From Diploschistes diacapsis (lineage: Eukaryota): 52,004 nt of DNA. Each line of letters begins with the position of its first letter. Positions within the stretch are counted from its first letter, which is position 1. This document shows, in pieces, positions 1-13,393 of the stretch. The notes under the pieces are model-generated. The model was not told the origin of the DNA. It did no database searches and saw nothing but the letters and a program-made list of their open reading frames with translations. Made by a program: the position numbers and the translations under genes. The DNA lies in the NCBI GenBank assembly GCA_023645945.1, contig JALAIB010000010.1, positions 1 through 52,004 of the forward strand, in the 5' to 3' direction.

Positions 1-481
1 GGGGAGAGGGAAGGGAAGGGGTGTGGGCGTTGTGCGGGAGTGCTTTGATGGAGTGTGGTTTCGCGAATAGCGGAAGGGTTAGCGGGATTAGTTTTCTTTT
101 GGGAGAAAGGGATGCTGAGGGACACGTGTTGGCTTTTGGAAGTTGTTGTTGCCTGGAATGTTTTGCTTTTGGTGGTGCTGTGCATTGTATTGTATTGTAA
201 GATATGACAATGTTAAACGAGGGCGGTGTATACCTTCCTGTAGATGCTGGAAGTAATAACTGTGTGTTTTTCCGTCTAGTTTCTTTTCTATAACCCAGTG
301 CCGAAGGTCCATTGGATCGATAACTCTACTTGGTCAAGTCTGTAGCCAGTCTCGGTGAATGCGGTTAAAGTGTAAGACTGCTGTATCCGAACCCCTGGAA
401 ATGCCATCACACTACCGAGCCTGACTGTCCGCGCCACATGCAGAACGAATCCTGCTGCATCATGCAATCATGCAAATTCCA

Positions 482-1918
482 TCACATGGAAGCAGATAAA
501 CTTTCCGTGGCCGCCTTCCTTAACCTATTCATCACAGCAGCGGCCGTTTCTCCTTCATCCTCAATACCCTCGACGAAGACGGTGCTCACACCGCGCAGGT
601 CAAGCTCCCGTAGGGCCGAGAAGAGATCTCTTGCAACGTCCTTCACCGACGGCCCTATCGACAGATCCCACACGTCGTACTCTTGCTCCCCACTCCTCGC
701 TTTGATATGCCGCACGTCATACGGCAGCTCCCCGCCAAGGCCCTCGATAGGGAACTCCAGCTTGACACCGTTGATCTCGTGAATACCATTGGATACCTCG
801 CTGCCCTCGACAGCCTCCCACCTCTTCGTCCGCATAACCCCAAAACTCCTCTGCCCCTTCCTCACCGCCTCCCCAATACTGCACTGCACCACCTCCCACC
901 CGACTCCAGCATCAGCAAGCACCACCTTCGCGGCGGGCGAATAGTGCTTGTACTTCATGCCCGGCGCCCTCGCCGCCTCCTCGTCCTCCAGCTTCCGGTC
1001 CTGATACCCAACCACCACATCCTCCCAGCTGGGACAGGCGCGTATCTGTTCGATCCCAACACCCCCCGGGCGAAGGATGCAAGGGGGCGAGCTTAGCCCG
1101 TCGACAACGGTGCTCTCGACGCCGATGGCGCAGGGACCGCCGTCAAGGATGATCTCTATACGCCCTTCGAGGTCATGCGCGACGTGCTGCGCCGTCGTAG
1201 GGCTGGGCTTGGTAGATGCATTGGCGGAGGGCGCGGCTAGTGGAAGGCCGGACAGCTTGATGAGGGCGAGCGCTAGCTTTGAGGAGGGCATGCGGGCGGC
1301 GAAGGTGGGCTGGGAAGCTGTGACTTCCGGGGCGAGCGTCGAGCGCTTGGGATTGGGGAGCAGGATGCTCAGTGGGCCGGGCCAGAAGCGTTTGATGAGC
1401 GGTAGATAGATTTGCGGGATTGGATCCGAGCCGTTGTCGGCTGGGTCGAGCAGGGCCCTCAGTTGATCCAGGGACGCTATGTGCACGATGAGCGGATTGT
1501 CCGAGGGGCGCTGCTTGGCTGCATAGATGCCTCGTACGGCGTGGCTTGAAAGGGCGTTGGCGCCGAGACCGTAGACGGTTTCGGTGGGAAAAGCCACGGG
1601 GTGTAGGGTGGTGCGGAGGGCATCGGTGGCCTCGAGCAGGTTGAATGCAGACGGGGAGGCCGAGGGCTGTAGGGACCAGGGCTCGAGGAAGTTATTCGGC
1701 TTGCTGAACGCGAACGTGCCGATGTCATCCACGTTGATAGGCAGAATCCGAGTGAAGAGAGGAAGGGGTGGGCCTTCGTCGCGGACAACCATTGCGTCGG
1801 TATAGCGTGGTTTTTCAGGTCGACGGTCCCTAGAGCCCGGTGTTGCTTTTCTGTGCCTAAGAGAGCTCCGATAAAAGTATGTGCCCAAGGGCCTTGACTT
1901 TACAAAAAAATTGCTCAT
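482..1918 (-). CDS. SUA5: Threonylcarbamoyl-AMP synthase (Sua5/YrdC family, t6A tRNA modification)
   Basis: Intronless ORF with VAFPTETVYGLGA, KQRPSDNPLIVH, AAPSANASTKPSPT, GVESTVVD and APGMKYKHYSP motifs plus a C-terminal Sua5 domain (MNRLRKAA). Second in-frame ATG at 1792. Confidence 0.95.
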   Translation of the reverse strand: MSNFFVKSRPLGTYFYRSSLRHRKATPGSRDRRPEKPRYTDAMVVRDEGPPLPLFTRILPINVDDIGTFAFSKPNNFLEPWSLQPSASPSAFNLLEATDALRTTLHPVAFPTETVYGLGANALSSHAVRGIYAAKQRPSDNPLIVHIASLDQLRALLDPADNGSDPIPQIYLPLIKRFWPGPLSILLPNPKRSTLAPEVTASQPTFAARMPSSKLALALIKLSGLPLAAPSANASTKPSPTTAQHVAHDLEGRIEIILDGGPCAIGVESTVVDGLSSPPCILRPGGVGIEQIRACPSWEDVVVGYQDRKLEDEEAARAPGMKYKHYSPAAKVVLADAGVGWEVVQCSIGEAVRKGQRSFGVMRTKRWEAVEGSEVSNGIHEINGVKLEFPIEGLGGELPYDVRHIKARSGEQEYDVWDLSIGPSVKDVARDLFSALRELDLRGVSTVFVEGIEDEGETAAAVMNRLRKAATESLSASM

Positions 1919-2344
1919 TCAGCTGATCATACTAATCATGCTCATTCGACTCGGAGACATGTTGTATGAGCAAAAGATTTTGAATCATAAACGCAGACAT
2001 CTGTTTCTCCAACATGACTTATCCAAATAAACCTGGATGATAGATAGATCTAGGCTTTTCGGTAGTCGAATAATCAATTTTTGACATTGGGGTTGAGCTC
2101 GAAAGGCAAGTGATATGACTTGAAGTTTTGACCACCAATCACCAATCATGATCATGCTGAAAATATTTTCGGCTTTTTACGACACCCTCTCTCTCCCCTC
2201 CGAGCACAAGATAAAGGCTACCAGTGTTTGTTTGTGCTGATCACAAGTAAGCGTCCGCACGACCTTGTAGCGGGAATATAACGATTGATTTGCTGATACT
2301 GATGCTCTATCTTAAAGCACATGTAGAGTGCTAGCTTTGGGGCA

Positions 2345-5300
2345 TCATCGCAACTTCTTACTACCCTTCCCACTATGGCCACCTCCCTTTCCGCCTCCTT
2401 TCCCTTTCTTCCCTTTATCTGCCGCTCCGCCCCCAGCTATCATCGTCCTGACTTTACTGACAGGCACAACACCAACAACTTCCACATCGCGGAGGCCTTT
2501 GATGAGCTCACCTTCTCGTCTCGCAACTATCTCTTCTAGATATCTCTCATCTCCTACTTCGGGCATCTTCCGCTTCTCTTTGTCTGCAATGGCTTGGCCC
2601 CAGTGCCTCAAGATTTCTTTGATGGCCTTGCCCTTCTTCTGCGACCCAGGCTGGATTTTAACTCTCCATTTGAATCGTGCCCCCATCGCGTCCCATGGAG
2701 CACAGATAACAAGACATTCCAGGATCTCATCACCGGGCAAAGGGTTTCCGATAAACGAATCTATAACACCCAACTCGGCGACCTCGTCTTCATCCATAGG
2801 ATCTACTCCCTCTTCTAGTTTGAGTCTTCTAGCTTCCTCGGCTTCTTTTCCAGTTTCCTGCGTACGTCGATGTTGCTCTCTCCTCCGCTCTTTCTGTACT
2901 AGCAGCTCGGCCTCCCGCGATGCTTTCTTTTCTGCTTCAGCTTTTGCCTTTTCCTGACCTGCTTTCGATCCAAGTAAACGAAGTGCAAGAGCCCGGTCTT
3001 CTTCATCCTGATGGGCATACTTGTTTTTCATTTTTGCACGCTTCCCATGTTTACCGCGGACCTGAGGCGCTTGTTTCGTCTGTTGCAAGCTCGCCTCGGT
3101 CGCTTCGTTTGCTCCATCAGCTGCCGGGAGGTCCTTGATATCTTCTTTTGTAACCTGGACCTCATCTCCAGAACCCGAATTACCCGTCTCGTCATCAGTG
3201 GACTCTCCACCTCTTTTTCCCTCATTGTCGCTGTCTGACACATGTTCGGATCCCAGAAGGTTATCGTCCTCGGATTCATCTATATCTGGCTGAACCGCTA
3301 TGCCCGGTTGTAGAGGATTCTGGTACGAATCTTTCCTGTAACCACTCTCGTCTACGTCTGCATCATCGTCATGGTCCTTTTCTGGGTTTCCCCTCTCACC
3401 ATGGTCTGACTCAGCTGCCCTAGACGGCTCATCTTTCTCTTTAGCAAGGCCTTGCAGAGCCTGATCAGCTTCAACATCATCCTGCGCTGTTTCTTCATTG
3501 TCGATCTCACTATCTTCTCGCTCGTGGTCATCTGTCAACGTACGTTTATCTGACTTATCATCCATAGGTACAGTGTCGCCTTGCACGCGGTGTTTAAGAT
3601 GCCTCGCTTTGCTCTCTTCATTCACTTGAAACATCACTCCAAAGCCAAGAAGAAGCTGTGCTGGCGGAAGAAAATTCTTCTGCCCTCGGATATTGAAGAG
3701 GCCCACTCCGAGAATGTCTCCACCATGAGCTGTCTTCGACACTTGATCAGCATTCACCCACCAGGCTGCCATCACTGCTTTTGAATCCCAAGCAGTGGAA
3801 GTTGTGACCGAGAAAGTGCCTGCTTGACCGAGAGTCGAAGGGGGGATGGGCGCATCGGCAAGACCAACCTTATTCTTGACAATGACCGATGAGGCGCCCT
3901 CCAGATCTGCGCTTACATAAACATCGCCTTTGCTCAAGTGCTTTTTATATAGTATCTCGTTTTGGTGAATGTCTCTGCCTCCCAAGACCAGGTAGCTTTC
4001 GGAGGAAATAAAGTAAAAGAATTTTTCAAACCATAACTGTTTGCGCACTGGCCGAAGAATTTGTTTTTCTTGCTTTAGACCCTTTTTCAAATCTGCAGTG
4101 ATTTTGCGCTCAGTACTTTTCAAGGCTACTTCAGATGCTTGCAGAGTCTTTTGCTCCTTTACGGCTGCATACTTTTTTTGATCGTAATATTGGCGTGCGT
4201 TGGACCATGGCGAAAGGGCAAGATTAATATCCACAACTACATTTTGCTCCTTACTGGCCTCGGTTTCCTTGGGCTTGGAAGGTTTCTTACTCTCATCCTC
4301 GCTGTCAGAGTATTCGCTCTCAGTTTCATCGAGAAAGTCTTCCTCTTCCGGCTCTGCGGCTCCTTCGGTTAGTAACAATGTAATTGTATTCTCATGAAGC
4401 TTTAGCGGAAGCTTAATAATGTTGGCCACAGGATTCTGTCGAATTCGTTCCATCTCGATAAGTCGAGCTATCTCGACCCAATCCATACCCTGCGCTATCA
4501 GTCCATTCACTGCTGCTGTAGCTTCCTGTACCCTTTGTAGATTCCCCTCAATAGCCTGAGCTTTTCGTACGTTGGATTCCTGAACTTGCTGAAGGCCGCC
4601 AAGCCGTCTTTCATGATCCTGACGGGCGGCCTCGAGCTTTCGCTTCGCATTTTCTTCACGCTCATTGAGACGCGACTCTAGCTTTTGTGATTCAAGGGAC
4701 GAGAAGAACTCGTCCACGGTCTTGTTGAAACCTTCAATTTCCAGAATCTGAACTTCGGGATCATCCTCGAACTGCCGTGGGCGAAATGGATGGAAATCCT
4801 CGTACATCAGGTTAAGGTTCTCTTTATCTACCTCGTGTTCTCCATTGGTTGCCTTCGCATCATGCTTTGGTTTTACAAGCTTGGCTATGATATAGCCCTT
4901 TGTCACATCGGTTGCTGTTATCTGGTTAACTAGAGATTTCGCGTCACTCAAGACAGTCATGAGCGACTCTAGAAGCCCTTCGTCTTTCAATAGTTCCTCG
5001 ATCGGCGTCCCAGAGGGGAATTTGTTCACCAGAAAAGCATGCTCGAGTAGCATGGGAGGAATTTCCGTGATCGATATCGCTAACGCCTTTCGCAAGGCTT
5101 CCTTGGGCTTGTTCCTTTTTTTATGTTTCTTGCCAGCGGCCTCGTCTGCCTTCGTCTTTTCCAGCACATTACTCAGCCCTTTCTTTACCCTTTCCCTGCT
5201 TAATTGGGGTGTTCCTTCGTAGTTCTGTCTATCTACTAACGAATACTTTAGGCCCACTCTTAGCGCTTCATTCGTTTCAGATACAATTCGCAGCAAGGCA

Positions 5301-5739
5301 AGGACGTTGAGTTCTTGGTCGGTAAGCACGACGTTTCCGCCAGCGTAGAACTCGAGAAAGAGCCGGTACTGGCCATCGCTGAACTGAAACTCGATAATCC
5401 GGTCTGTACCAACTTGAGATACTTTGGTGACGCGACGGGTCCTAAGAAACTTCCGTAGTCGAGAGACAAAGGCGGACGGTGCTGCTGCTGTAGCGCGAGC
5501 AAAGTTCGTAAGATGGCAGCGGAACCCGCTGTCCACCACGACTTGTTGTCGACTATTGGGCTTGGCAAACTTGAAGAGGAATATTCGAGACGACAGATCG
5601 TAAACATTAGCGAGGCGAAGGGTACACAGCGCGGCGGAGAGCTCATGAGAAATGACCTGGACTTGATTAAGCAGAGGTGGGGGCGGGGTAGAAAAGCGCA
5701 GTTTACCTTTACATCGAGCGATGAAAATCGTTGCTTCAT
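2345..5739 (-). CDS. RQC2: Ribosome quality control subunit Rqc2/Tae2 (NEMF homologue), 2 exons, ~1114 aa
   Basis: Exon 1 5739-5707 (MKQRFSSLDVK), 50-nt intron 5706-5657 (GTAAAC..CAG), exon 2 5656-2345 in frame. Motifs DSGFRCHLT, GTDRIIEF, LEFYAGGNVVLTD, WFEKFFYFISSESYLVLGGRD and C-terminal PGSQKKGKA. Confidence 0.95.
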
Positions 5740-6118
5740 TCTACCATGCACAAGTGTCTGGAATATTGAATCTAGGGAAGCTATCAAAAGAGTTATATGG
5801 AAGAGAGAGCTGTAGGTGGTTGAGAAACAATTCTCCTGCGAATGACGTACTTAATTTATGAGTTTGTTACCCGAACAAGCGGGCCGGCGAAGTTGATAAG
5901 CTCCAACGGTCGTAAAACCGACGGTGGGCTTCACTAGAATACACAAAGATCCTCCAAAGACTAAGATTTGCCATGAACCAATACCGTAGTAATAAGCATC
6001 AAGCGTCATTAAGTCGCCCATCCACCCAGCAATGGCCCGACAGTAGCCCGAACACCAACCCAAATGTTGCGCTTACCCCTGTATCACACATTGGATTCCA
6101 AGGCATTACCGATACTCT

Positions 6119-7971
6119 TCAAGAAGCCGTGGCATCGTTTTCATTGGCAGCGATCTCACCGCCAGCTTCCCGCTCAGCCCATTCCCCCCACAGGTTTCGC
6201 TTGGGCCTGATGCGGATAGGGGCACCGAGCTCGGTGGACGATTGTTCAACTTTGATAGCGTCTTTTGTAGCCAACACCAGCGTTTCAAAGAACATTTTTG
6301 TTGCCTCCGCCTTCGTGGTTGTCCTCTCAGGGTAGAGATCTTGGAATAAAGCACCCCCTTTTCTCGAAGAGGCAGCTTCTGCCGATCCACCAAAGAAGTC
6401 TCGCAGAACATGTACAGCATGCTGCGTGCCAACTGAGATGGGTCCTTGCTCATCCGGATATAAAAGCGGCGCTCTAGTCTCATCGAAGTTGTCGCCAACT
6501 GGACTGAGTTCTTCGTCGTCGTCATCATCTTGATCAAGGGGTGGCGCCTCATTATTTGCTAATGGATCGAGTTCTGATTGGCCAGGAATATGAAGAATCG
6601 TAGAGGAGTCATGTTTGGAAAGATCGGCAACAGCTTCATCCGGCACGACCATATCATCTTCTTCTGGGATCTCGATTCGTAGTTCTGCGTCCTGGTCTCC
6701 TTCTTGACCCAAATCGGCTACTCCACTATCTCGTTTGCGCTTAAGCGTTCCTGCTTTTCTTATTGCTTCAATGGAGAGAAGGCCACGCAGTTGAGGTGCT
6801 AATCCTTTGGAGCGCCCATCGCCCATGATGCTAGATACAAAGCCACCGCTCTGTTGCATAGTCATGAGAGCAAGAAGCAGCGGGTCCTTGGGTAACAATG
6901 ATAACGGCTTGAGGATGGCAGATCGATCGTTCTGTTGTTGCTTGATGAGGGCAGGAGGAAGCATCGTTTCTCTATCTGTAGGAAGCAATTTACGCCTTTT
7001 CGAAGTTGGTTGTCGAGCAATCTGTGCGGGTTCTTCAATTAAGGTTGTCTCATCGAAATCTCGAATTTCACTTGATCGAACGGACGATAGTGGAGATTGG
7101 GAGATGCGATCAAATTGGGGTCCGTTGTCGAGAATAGTAGGGGCTAGTGGCTCCTGCATGTCCGTCGCAGGTTCTGTTTGATCGATGTCCATTACCATAT
7201 TTTCATCTTCTGGGAGCTGTACATCTGTGGGATCGAGGCTTGGGCGTGGTTGGAGTGATTCATCATCGTCCAGATCTAAACCTAAGTCATCGTCGTAAGG
7301 CTTTGGATCGTCATCGATTAGATCGTCATCGACCGGGCGCGGGGGTGGCGCGTCGCGTCCAGTTTCAATATCAAGCTCGAGTCCTAGATCATCTTCATAC
7401 AGTGTAGACGGTTCTTCAGGCGCGCCTCGGCCAGCCTCGATGCTCAAGGGATCTAATTGCACTTGGGTAGTCCAATTCAGAGGATTGTTGTCCGTTGGGC
7501 CGAAATCAATCTCCATTGCCTCCATGTTGAAGAGCGATTCATCTAGAGTTGGGAACTGAATATCCCCTGCTAGCTCATCTGGTGCGGTCAAGCCGGGATT
7601 GGGTACAGTAGAGGTCATGGGTCCTAGTAGATCAACATCGGCATTACCAGGACGGAAAGCCTAGGTATTGTTAGCTAGAAGCTTTGTATTCAGTAGGGCA
7701 GGCATACCATTTTGATTTTCAAAAGTGCCTCATTGCAATCATCCATCAGATAACGCGCTTTCCTACTATATATCCTAACCACTCCCAGGAGTAATTGGCC
7801 GCTAAGGCGCAGCGCCATTGGGGCCTGTCCCTGATCAACGATGGCATTGACACTACTTTCGATATTTGACTGTAGGATATGGGATTTGTTCAGCTTGCGC
7901 TCAAGATTCGCGGACAGCCACACTCTTGCGAGTGGACCTGTCTTTGACAGAAGGGTCTCGGAATAGAACAT
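6119..7971 (-). CDS. RAD21: Cohesin kleisin subunit Rad21/Scc1, 2 exons, ~601 aa
   Basis: Exon 1 7971-7708 (MFYSETLLSKTGPLARVWLSA...ALRLSGQLLLGVVRIYSRKARYL), intron 7707-7661 (GTATGC..TAG), exon 2 7660-6119 ending in the kleisin C-terminal motif ATKMFFETLVLATKDAIKVEQ. Confidence 0.95.
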
Positions 7972-8080
7972 GATGCCGAAGCGATTGCGCTTGAGCGCAA
8001 CCAGCTCTAGGAGCAAGTGATAATATGAATCTGCAAGCTGATCTGTATTTGACAGGCAGGGGCTGCTATGTTTTGTTTAG

Positions 8081-8297
8081 ACGCGTAAAGCGTAGGTGCG
8101 CCTGCGTGATAACATGAGCCAGGAATGCGCGTAAATAGGTAAGCGCGTGTGTATCTGTGATAAGGGATCGCGTTTCTAGAGGCTGCCAACACCGAGAGCA
8201 CTCTGCTATAGCAAATAGCAAGATGCAATAAAACACAGATAGACTTAGCAAAGAAATGACAACAAGTTAACAGGGTGATTGATTCTCTGAGTCGCGG
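8081..8297. promoter_or_regulatory. Cluster of MCB-like (ACGCGT / CGCG-core) boxes in the divergent rad21-pmr1 intergenic region
   Basis: ACGCGT at 8081-8086, GCGCGT at 8127 and 8143, TCGCGTTT at 8168, TCGCGG at 8292. Confidence 0.5.
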
Positions 8298-8629
8298 TGC
8301 AAGTGGGTGGCTGGAGAAATTGATCTCCCGCAGCAATAATGGCCCTGTAGGGCTGACGACTTGAAGTCAAAGCTCTTGGGTAGCCCTACCATAGTTGATA
8401 GTCACTGACGGCCGTTGAAGCTCCATTGGTAAGGAATAGACGGTAGAAGCACCCTTTACTAATTGAAGCTGCCAAAGTACCCGTGCGTCGCTCACATGAC
8501 TAGGAGGGAACATCCGTGTTGAGTGAAATTCTAGTTACGCTTTTTTCTCCTACGCATCGAAGACTGTCTGCGCCCTGAGGATCTATAAAGCCAGATCTCA
8601 GGCTGTGGACCACGCCCGACAATGAGATA

Positions 8630-11600
8630 ATGTCAAGACCCCATGTCCCTTCCTCTCTACCGCTTCACGATTACAACTCGAAGGATGTTCCCACGTTCAG
8701 GGCGCCATCACCAGTCTCGCCGCGGCCAAGAACGCCTCAGGCCTCCTCTATAACGTCGACGTACTCCCAACTATCTCCTCAAGAAGCAGCTACACAACTA
8801 CAAACCTCGCTGACAATAGGGCTGTCTCCATCCGATGCCGAAAGCAGGTTGATGCAACATGGGTCGAATGAATTACCGCATGAAGAGCCCGAGCCACTCT
8901 GGCTACGCTTCCTCAAACAATTTAAAGAGACGTTGATCCTCCTTCTCCTGGGCTCTGCTGCCATATCATTTATCATGGGAAACTTAGACGATGCGATAAG
9001 TATCACGATTGCTGTTGCGATCGTAGTCACTGTCGGCTTCGTACAAGAGTACAGATCGGAAAAATCACTGGAAGCGCTGAGTAAATTGGTGCCACACTTT
9101 GCGCATTTGATACGAAGTGGTAGCGACAACTCGAAAGTCGCTAATAATTTTGAGTCGTTAGCAAATGGCGAATCGTCTATTGGACGAGCTTCAACGACAA
9201 TTGCGGCATCACAGCTTGTACCAGGGGACTTGGTCCTCTTTTCAACCGGAGACAGAATCCCCGCCGATATTCGCATCACCGATGCCGTTGATATCTCAAT
9301 TGATGAGTCGAATCTTACGGGCGAAAACGAACCTGTTACGAAGCATGCAGGGGCTTTGCGCAGTTCATCTGGGCCGCGACTATCTGCAAGAGGGATGCCT
9401 CTGTCACCAGCCTATGCTTCGCCAGCAGCCGGTACTGTTGGTGCGGACGTGCGGTTGAACGAACAAGTCAACATTGCTTTCATGGGGACTTTGGTAAGGT
9501 CTGGCCATGGGCGAGGGATAGTGATCGCGACTGGCGCGCAGACGGAGTTTGGCGCAATATCAGCTTCCTTACAGGAGATTGAAAGTCCTAGAACACCATT
9601 GCAGCTCACCATGGATCGTTTGGGTCAAGAACTTAGTTATATATCTTTTGGTGTTATTGCCTTGATCGTTATTGTGGGTTTGCTCCAGGGCATGCCGTGG
9701 CTGGAAATGTTCACAATTGGGGTTTCCTTGGCAGTCGCTGCTATACCTGAAGGTCTCCCCATTATCGTCACAGTTACTTTGGCACTTGGTGTGCTGCGCA
9801 TGTCAAAACGAGGTGCCATCATAAGAAGACTGCCTAGTGTCGAAACACTCGGTTCCGTTAACGTCGTCTGTAGCGACAAGACAGGAACACTGACAATGAA
9901 TCATATGACAGTGACGAAAATATGGCATGCGGATGCGCCTGAGCTAATAGAGCTTGGCAAAGATCTGGCATCCTCCAATCCGGACCCTGCTACAAGGACA
10001 ATAGTTCGGATAGGCAATATTACGAATAACGCGCGGCTCTCACGCACCCTTGCCAACACACCAGCAACCGCAGCTTCGGCATTAGTCTTATCGTCCACTC
10101 TCGGTGAGAACGCGCATTCTGGCCATAGGAGCCGTTGGCTTGGTCAGCCCACCGATGTCGCTATGCTCGATCTAGTGGACGCTTTTGGCGAGGACGATGT
10201 TCGAGAACGCTTAGGGCAAAGGTTGGCCGAGACTCCTTTTAGTTCGGAGCGAAAGTGGATGGGCGTTGTCATTGGGGGTGATTTGACGGACCAGGATCGT
10301 GGCTCAGGGTTTACCGCAGCCTATATCAAGGGAGCGTTCGAGCAGGTCATCAAAAGATGCGATACTTACCTGACAAAAGACGGGCGGGAGGTGGTTCTCG
10401 ACGAAACACGAAGAAATGTAGCTTTTGCCGCTGCGGAAAAAATGGCTCAGGAAGGACTTCGCGTATTGGGCTTCGCAAGCGGCTCAGTTCGGGAGAATGG
10501 ACGGGGTTATTCCCGATACTCAAGTAGAACCACAACACCAAACTCTATGGGGGAGAAGTCTGCTCCAGTGAGCCAGGATGAAGATCAATATCAAGGCTTA
10601 GTGTTTGCTGGCCTTGTTGGCATGAACGATCCACCTCGAAAAGATGTCGACAAGTCCATCCGACGGCTTATGAACGGGGGGGTCAAGGTCATTATGATCA
10701 CTGGCGACGCCGAGACGACTGCTCTGGCAATCTCGCGGAAGCTTGGCATGCCAGCTATCGGCCAGCTAAGGGTGAACCCGTCGAACAGCTCAGGTCCGGT
10801 CCTTCGAGGAGATCAGCTCGATCAGATGTCAGAGAGCGAGTTGGCTGAAGCCATGTCGGGGACCTCGATCTTCGCTAGGACCAGCCCTGAACACAAGATG
10901 AAGATTATCAGAGCATTGCAATCTCGAGGAGACGTGGTGGCTATGACTGGCGACGGCGTGAACGATGCTCCAGCGCTCAAGAAGGCGGACATTGGCATCT
11001 CGATGGGCATGCTGGGCACAGACGTAGCAAAGGAGGCCGCCGACATGATCCTGACGGACGATGACTTTTCAACTATACTCCACGCGATCGAAGAGGGAAA
11101 AGGCATTTTCTATAATATTCAGAATTTTTTGACGTTCCAGCTCAGTACCTCAGTCGCCGCCTTGTCGCTCGTACTCCTTAGCACCATCCTTCGTTTCAAG
11201 AATCCTCTTAACGCCATGCAGATTCTTTGGATCAATATCCTGATGGATGGTCCTCCGGCACAATCCCTAGGTGTCGAGCCGGTCGACCCAGCCGTCATGT
11301 CGCGCCCACCTCGTCCCCGTGGCGCTCGCGTTCTGACCCGGGCACTAATACAACGGGTCCTCACCTCAGCCAGCATCATCATGCTCGGCACGCTGGCAAT
11401 CTACATTCGCGAAATGTCCTCCGAGGGCGTCACGGCTCGCGATACCACGATGACCTTCACCTGCTTTGTATTTTTCGACATGTTCAACGCGCTCACGTGC
11501 CGCTCGGAAGGCAAGAGCGTACTACGCGGCGAAATGGGCTTGTTTGGGAACAAGATGTTCAATTTCGCTGTGGGCGGAAGTCTACTTGGGCAGATGCTCG

Positions 11601-11770
11601 TCGTTTACTTTCCGCCCTTGCAGCGAATCTTCCAGACGGAAGGGCTGCACCTGGGCGATCTGTTATTTCTTGCATGTGTTGCTAGTACTGTTTTCTGGGT
11701 AGACGAGGGTAGAAAATTCTGGCAGCGAAGAGCGAGATCTGGATTAGGAGGCTATAGTACCAGTGTATAA
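8630..11770 (+). CDS. PMR1: Golgi P-type Ca2+/Mn2+-transporting ATPase (type IIA, Pmr1/SPCA)
   Basis: 1046-aa ORF with [17 protein letters not shown], phosphorylation site [26 protein letters not shown] and [18 protein letters not shown]. Confidence 0.95.
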   Translation: MSRPHVPSSLPLHDYNSKDVPTFRAPSPVSPRPRTPQASSITSTYSQLSPQEAATQLQTSLTIGLSPSDAESRLMQHGSNELPHEEPEPLWLRFLKQFKETLILLLLGSAAISFIMGNLDDAISITIAVAIVVTVGFVQEYRSEKSLEALSKLVPHFAHLIRSGSDNSKVANNFESLANGESSIGRASTTIAASQLVPGDLVLFSTGDRIPADIRITDAVDISIDESNLTGENEPVTKHAGALRSSSGPRLSARGMPLSPAYASPAAGTVGADVRLNEQVNIAFMGTLVRSGHGRGIVIATGAQTEFGAISASLQEIESPRTPLQLTMDRLGQELSYISFGVIALIVIVGLLQGMPWLEMFTIGVSLAVAAIPEGLPIIVTVTLALGVLRMSKRGAIIRRLPSVETLGSVNVVCSDKTGTLTMNHMTVTKIWHADAPELIELGKDLASSNPDPATRTIVRIGNITNNARLSRTLANTPATAASALVLSSTLGENAHSGHRSRWLGQPTDVAMLDLVDAFGEDDVRERLGQRLAETPFSSERKWMGVVIGGDLTDQDRGSGFTAAYIKGAFEQVIKRCDTYLTKDGREVVLDETRRNVAFAAAEKMAQEGLRVLGFASGSVRENGRGYSRYSSRTTTPNSMGEKSAPVSQDEDQYQGLVFAGLVGMNDPPRKDVDKSIRRLMNGGVKVIMITGDAETTALAISRKLGMPAIGQLRVNPSNSSGPVLRGDQLDQMSESELAEAMSGTSIFARTSPEHKMKIIRALQSRGDVVAMTGDGVNDAPALKKADIGISMGMLGTDVAKEAADMILTDDDFSTILHAIEEGKGIFYNIQNFLTFQLSTSVAALSLVLLSTILRFKNPLNAMQILWINILMDGPPAQSLGVEPVDPAVMSRPPRPRGARVLTRALIQRVLTSASIIMLGTLAIYIREMSSEGVTARDTTMTFTCFVFFDMFNALTCRSEGKSVLRGEMGLFGNKMFNFAVGGSLLGQMLVVYFPPLQRIFQTEGLHLGDLLFLACVASTVFWVDEGRKFWQRRARSGLGGYSTSV

Positions 11771-11930
11771 ATACTGTGATATGCTGATAGAAGACATTGT
11801 ATGATAAGTATTACATGGACATGACCAACGTAATAAATCCATCATTCAAGTCATATCTTCATCGGCATTTTCAATAACTAAAAATGGACGCCATACTGAT
11901 AGGGTATCTACAACAAGCTTGTACAACGCA

Positions 11931-12740
11931 TCAGAGCCCCTGCCGCATCCTCTCCGCCAGCTTCTGTTTGCTGAATTCCCATATGTTGAGAATGCCCTGT
12001 TCGCTCAGATCAATGTTCTTTATCGTGACCGTGTCCTGCGCCGGCGGCTTGCTGACTCTGCTCGCCACAATGACCGGATCCGTCTCCAGGATGATAGAAT
12101 CGTCTACGATTTCATCTACAAATCGGATACGAACAAAGGTGAGCCTTCACTGTCTCCGCGAACTTCTCAGAGGGTACGAGGTAAGCGGAAACGTACCAAT
12201 GGCCAGGGAGACTATGTCGTAGTTCTCGATAATCGTCCGCTTATCCGTCGAATTGCTTGCCGGAGCCTTAGCATGACCAGCAGGAGCCAGATCGGAGGAT
12301 GAGGGGACAAGACACGTACTGCAGCAACACGGCCATTGAGTCCCGCAGCGCAAGCAAGACACTGAACAGCATAACCTCGTTCTCCTCCGCGCCTCCTATG
12401 ACGTAAAGCATTACGTCCCCTTGACTTCAATTAGTCAAATTCATTGGCGTTCGAAAAAGAAAGAGCCCGATATCAAACCTTCCATCTTGTACACCACAAT
12501 TCTGTTGTCGTAGAGGATGATGTCGTTGCTCGTTTTATTTGTCTTTTCCAGCAACCCCTTCTCGAACGCTTTCTGCTCCTTCACTGTCGGGTAGGGGTTC
12601 AAGCCGGGTTGGGAGGAGCCTGGAGCGGCGTTTTGAGAGGATTGGTGTGGGGGCGAGTAGTACTTTGTGAGGAGGCGGCTACCGTCTGTGGAGAGGATAA
12701 GGATCGCGTTCACGGAGAAGAGGGACATATTGGGCGCCAT
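11931..12740 (-). CDS. RET3: Coatomer subunit zeta (COPI), 4 exons
   Basis: Exons 12740-12479, 12419-12320, 12255-12197 and 12115-11931 joined through GT-AG introns. Gives LFSVNAILILSTDGSRLLTKYY..KEQKAFEKGLLEKT..DVMLYVIGGAEENE..DKRTIIENYDIVSLAIDEIVDDSIILETDP. Confidence 0.92.
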
Positions 12741-13393
12741 TTGTGGTAGAGGGTTGCGGCGGGGGAGGCGGCCACTGGAAGTGAGCGAGGGGATATCGGG
12801 GAGGTTGTGGAGGAGGCGTGAAGGCTATTGGAAATTCGTCGTTAGTATCTATCTACCTCTGCTACTGTAGGCATTGATATTCGGAAAGTTCTGAGCACAG
12901 TACACAAGTAGGATAGGGCACGCTAATTGGCTCGGCAATCCCACTTCCAAGTTGCTTGTTGAAAACACAACGACAACTCATCTTGCTTTTCGTCCTCATA
13001 CTTCATAATAAACACAACCTCCCCTCTATTCCTATTCTCTCCTCCTCCACGCTTGATAGCCCTTGTCGGCTTTTGCTATAATACGAAACAGAATGCAGAC
13101 GCAAAGTTTCTTGCCGGGCGGAAGATCGAGCGCTAGTCTCAGCGTACCTGACTTGGCTAGAAAAGGGGCCGGCGGCTATTGTTAGTGCTCTGAGTCAAAT
13201 GCGTGCAACATGGATACGGTCATATAGGAGCATGCCAGGAAGGTAGTTTTGTTCATGTTTGCTAACACTGAAATGCTGCAGTAGTTCGTCATACCGAAAA
13301 GCTCTGACCCAAAAAAAATCCAACAACGAATGAGCGCCAACACCCGCATCTCAGCCTATAAGATTCGTCCAAAGCAGCAAGGGATACATTTTC

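Noticed and set aside
88..1805. Short ORFs overlapping or next to Sua5, and similar shadow ORFs inside other genes
   Set aside because: Alternative-frame or antisense shadows of well-supported genes. 88-312 has low-complexity, UTR-like composition.
13066..13218. Possible 3'UTR introns or a micro-exon downstream of the 110-aa gene
   Set aside because: Splice-like words are present but cannot be distinguished from chance without transcript data.
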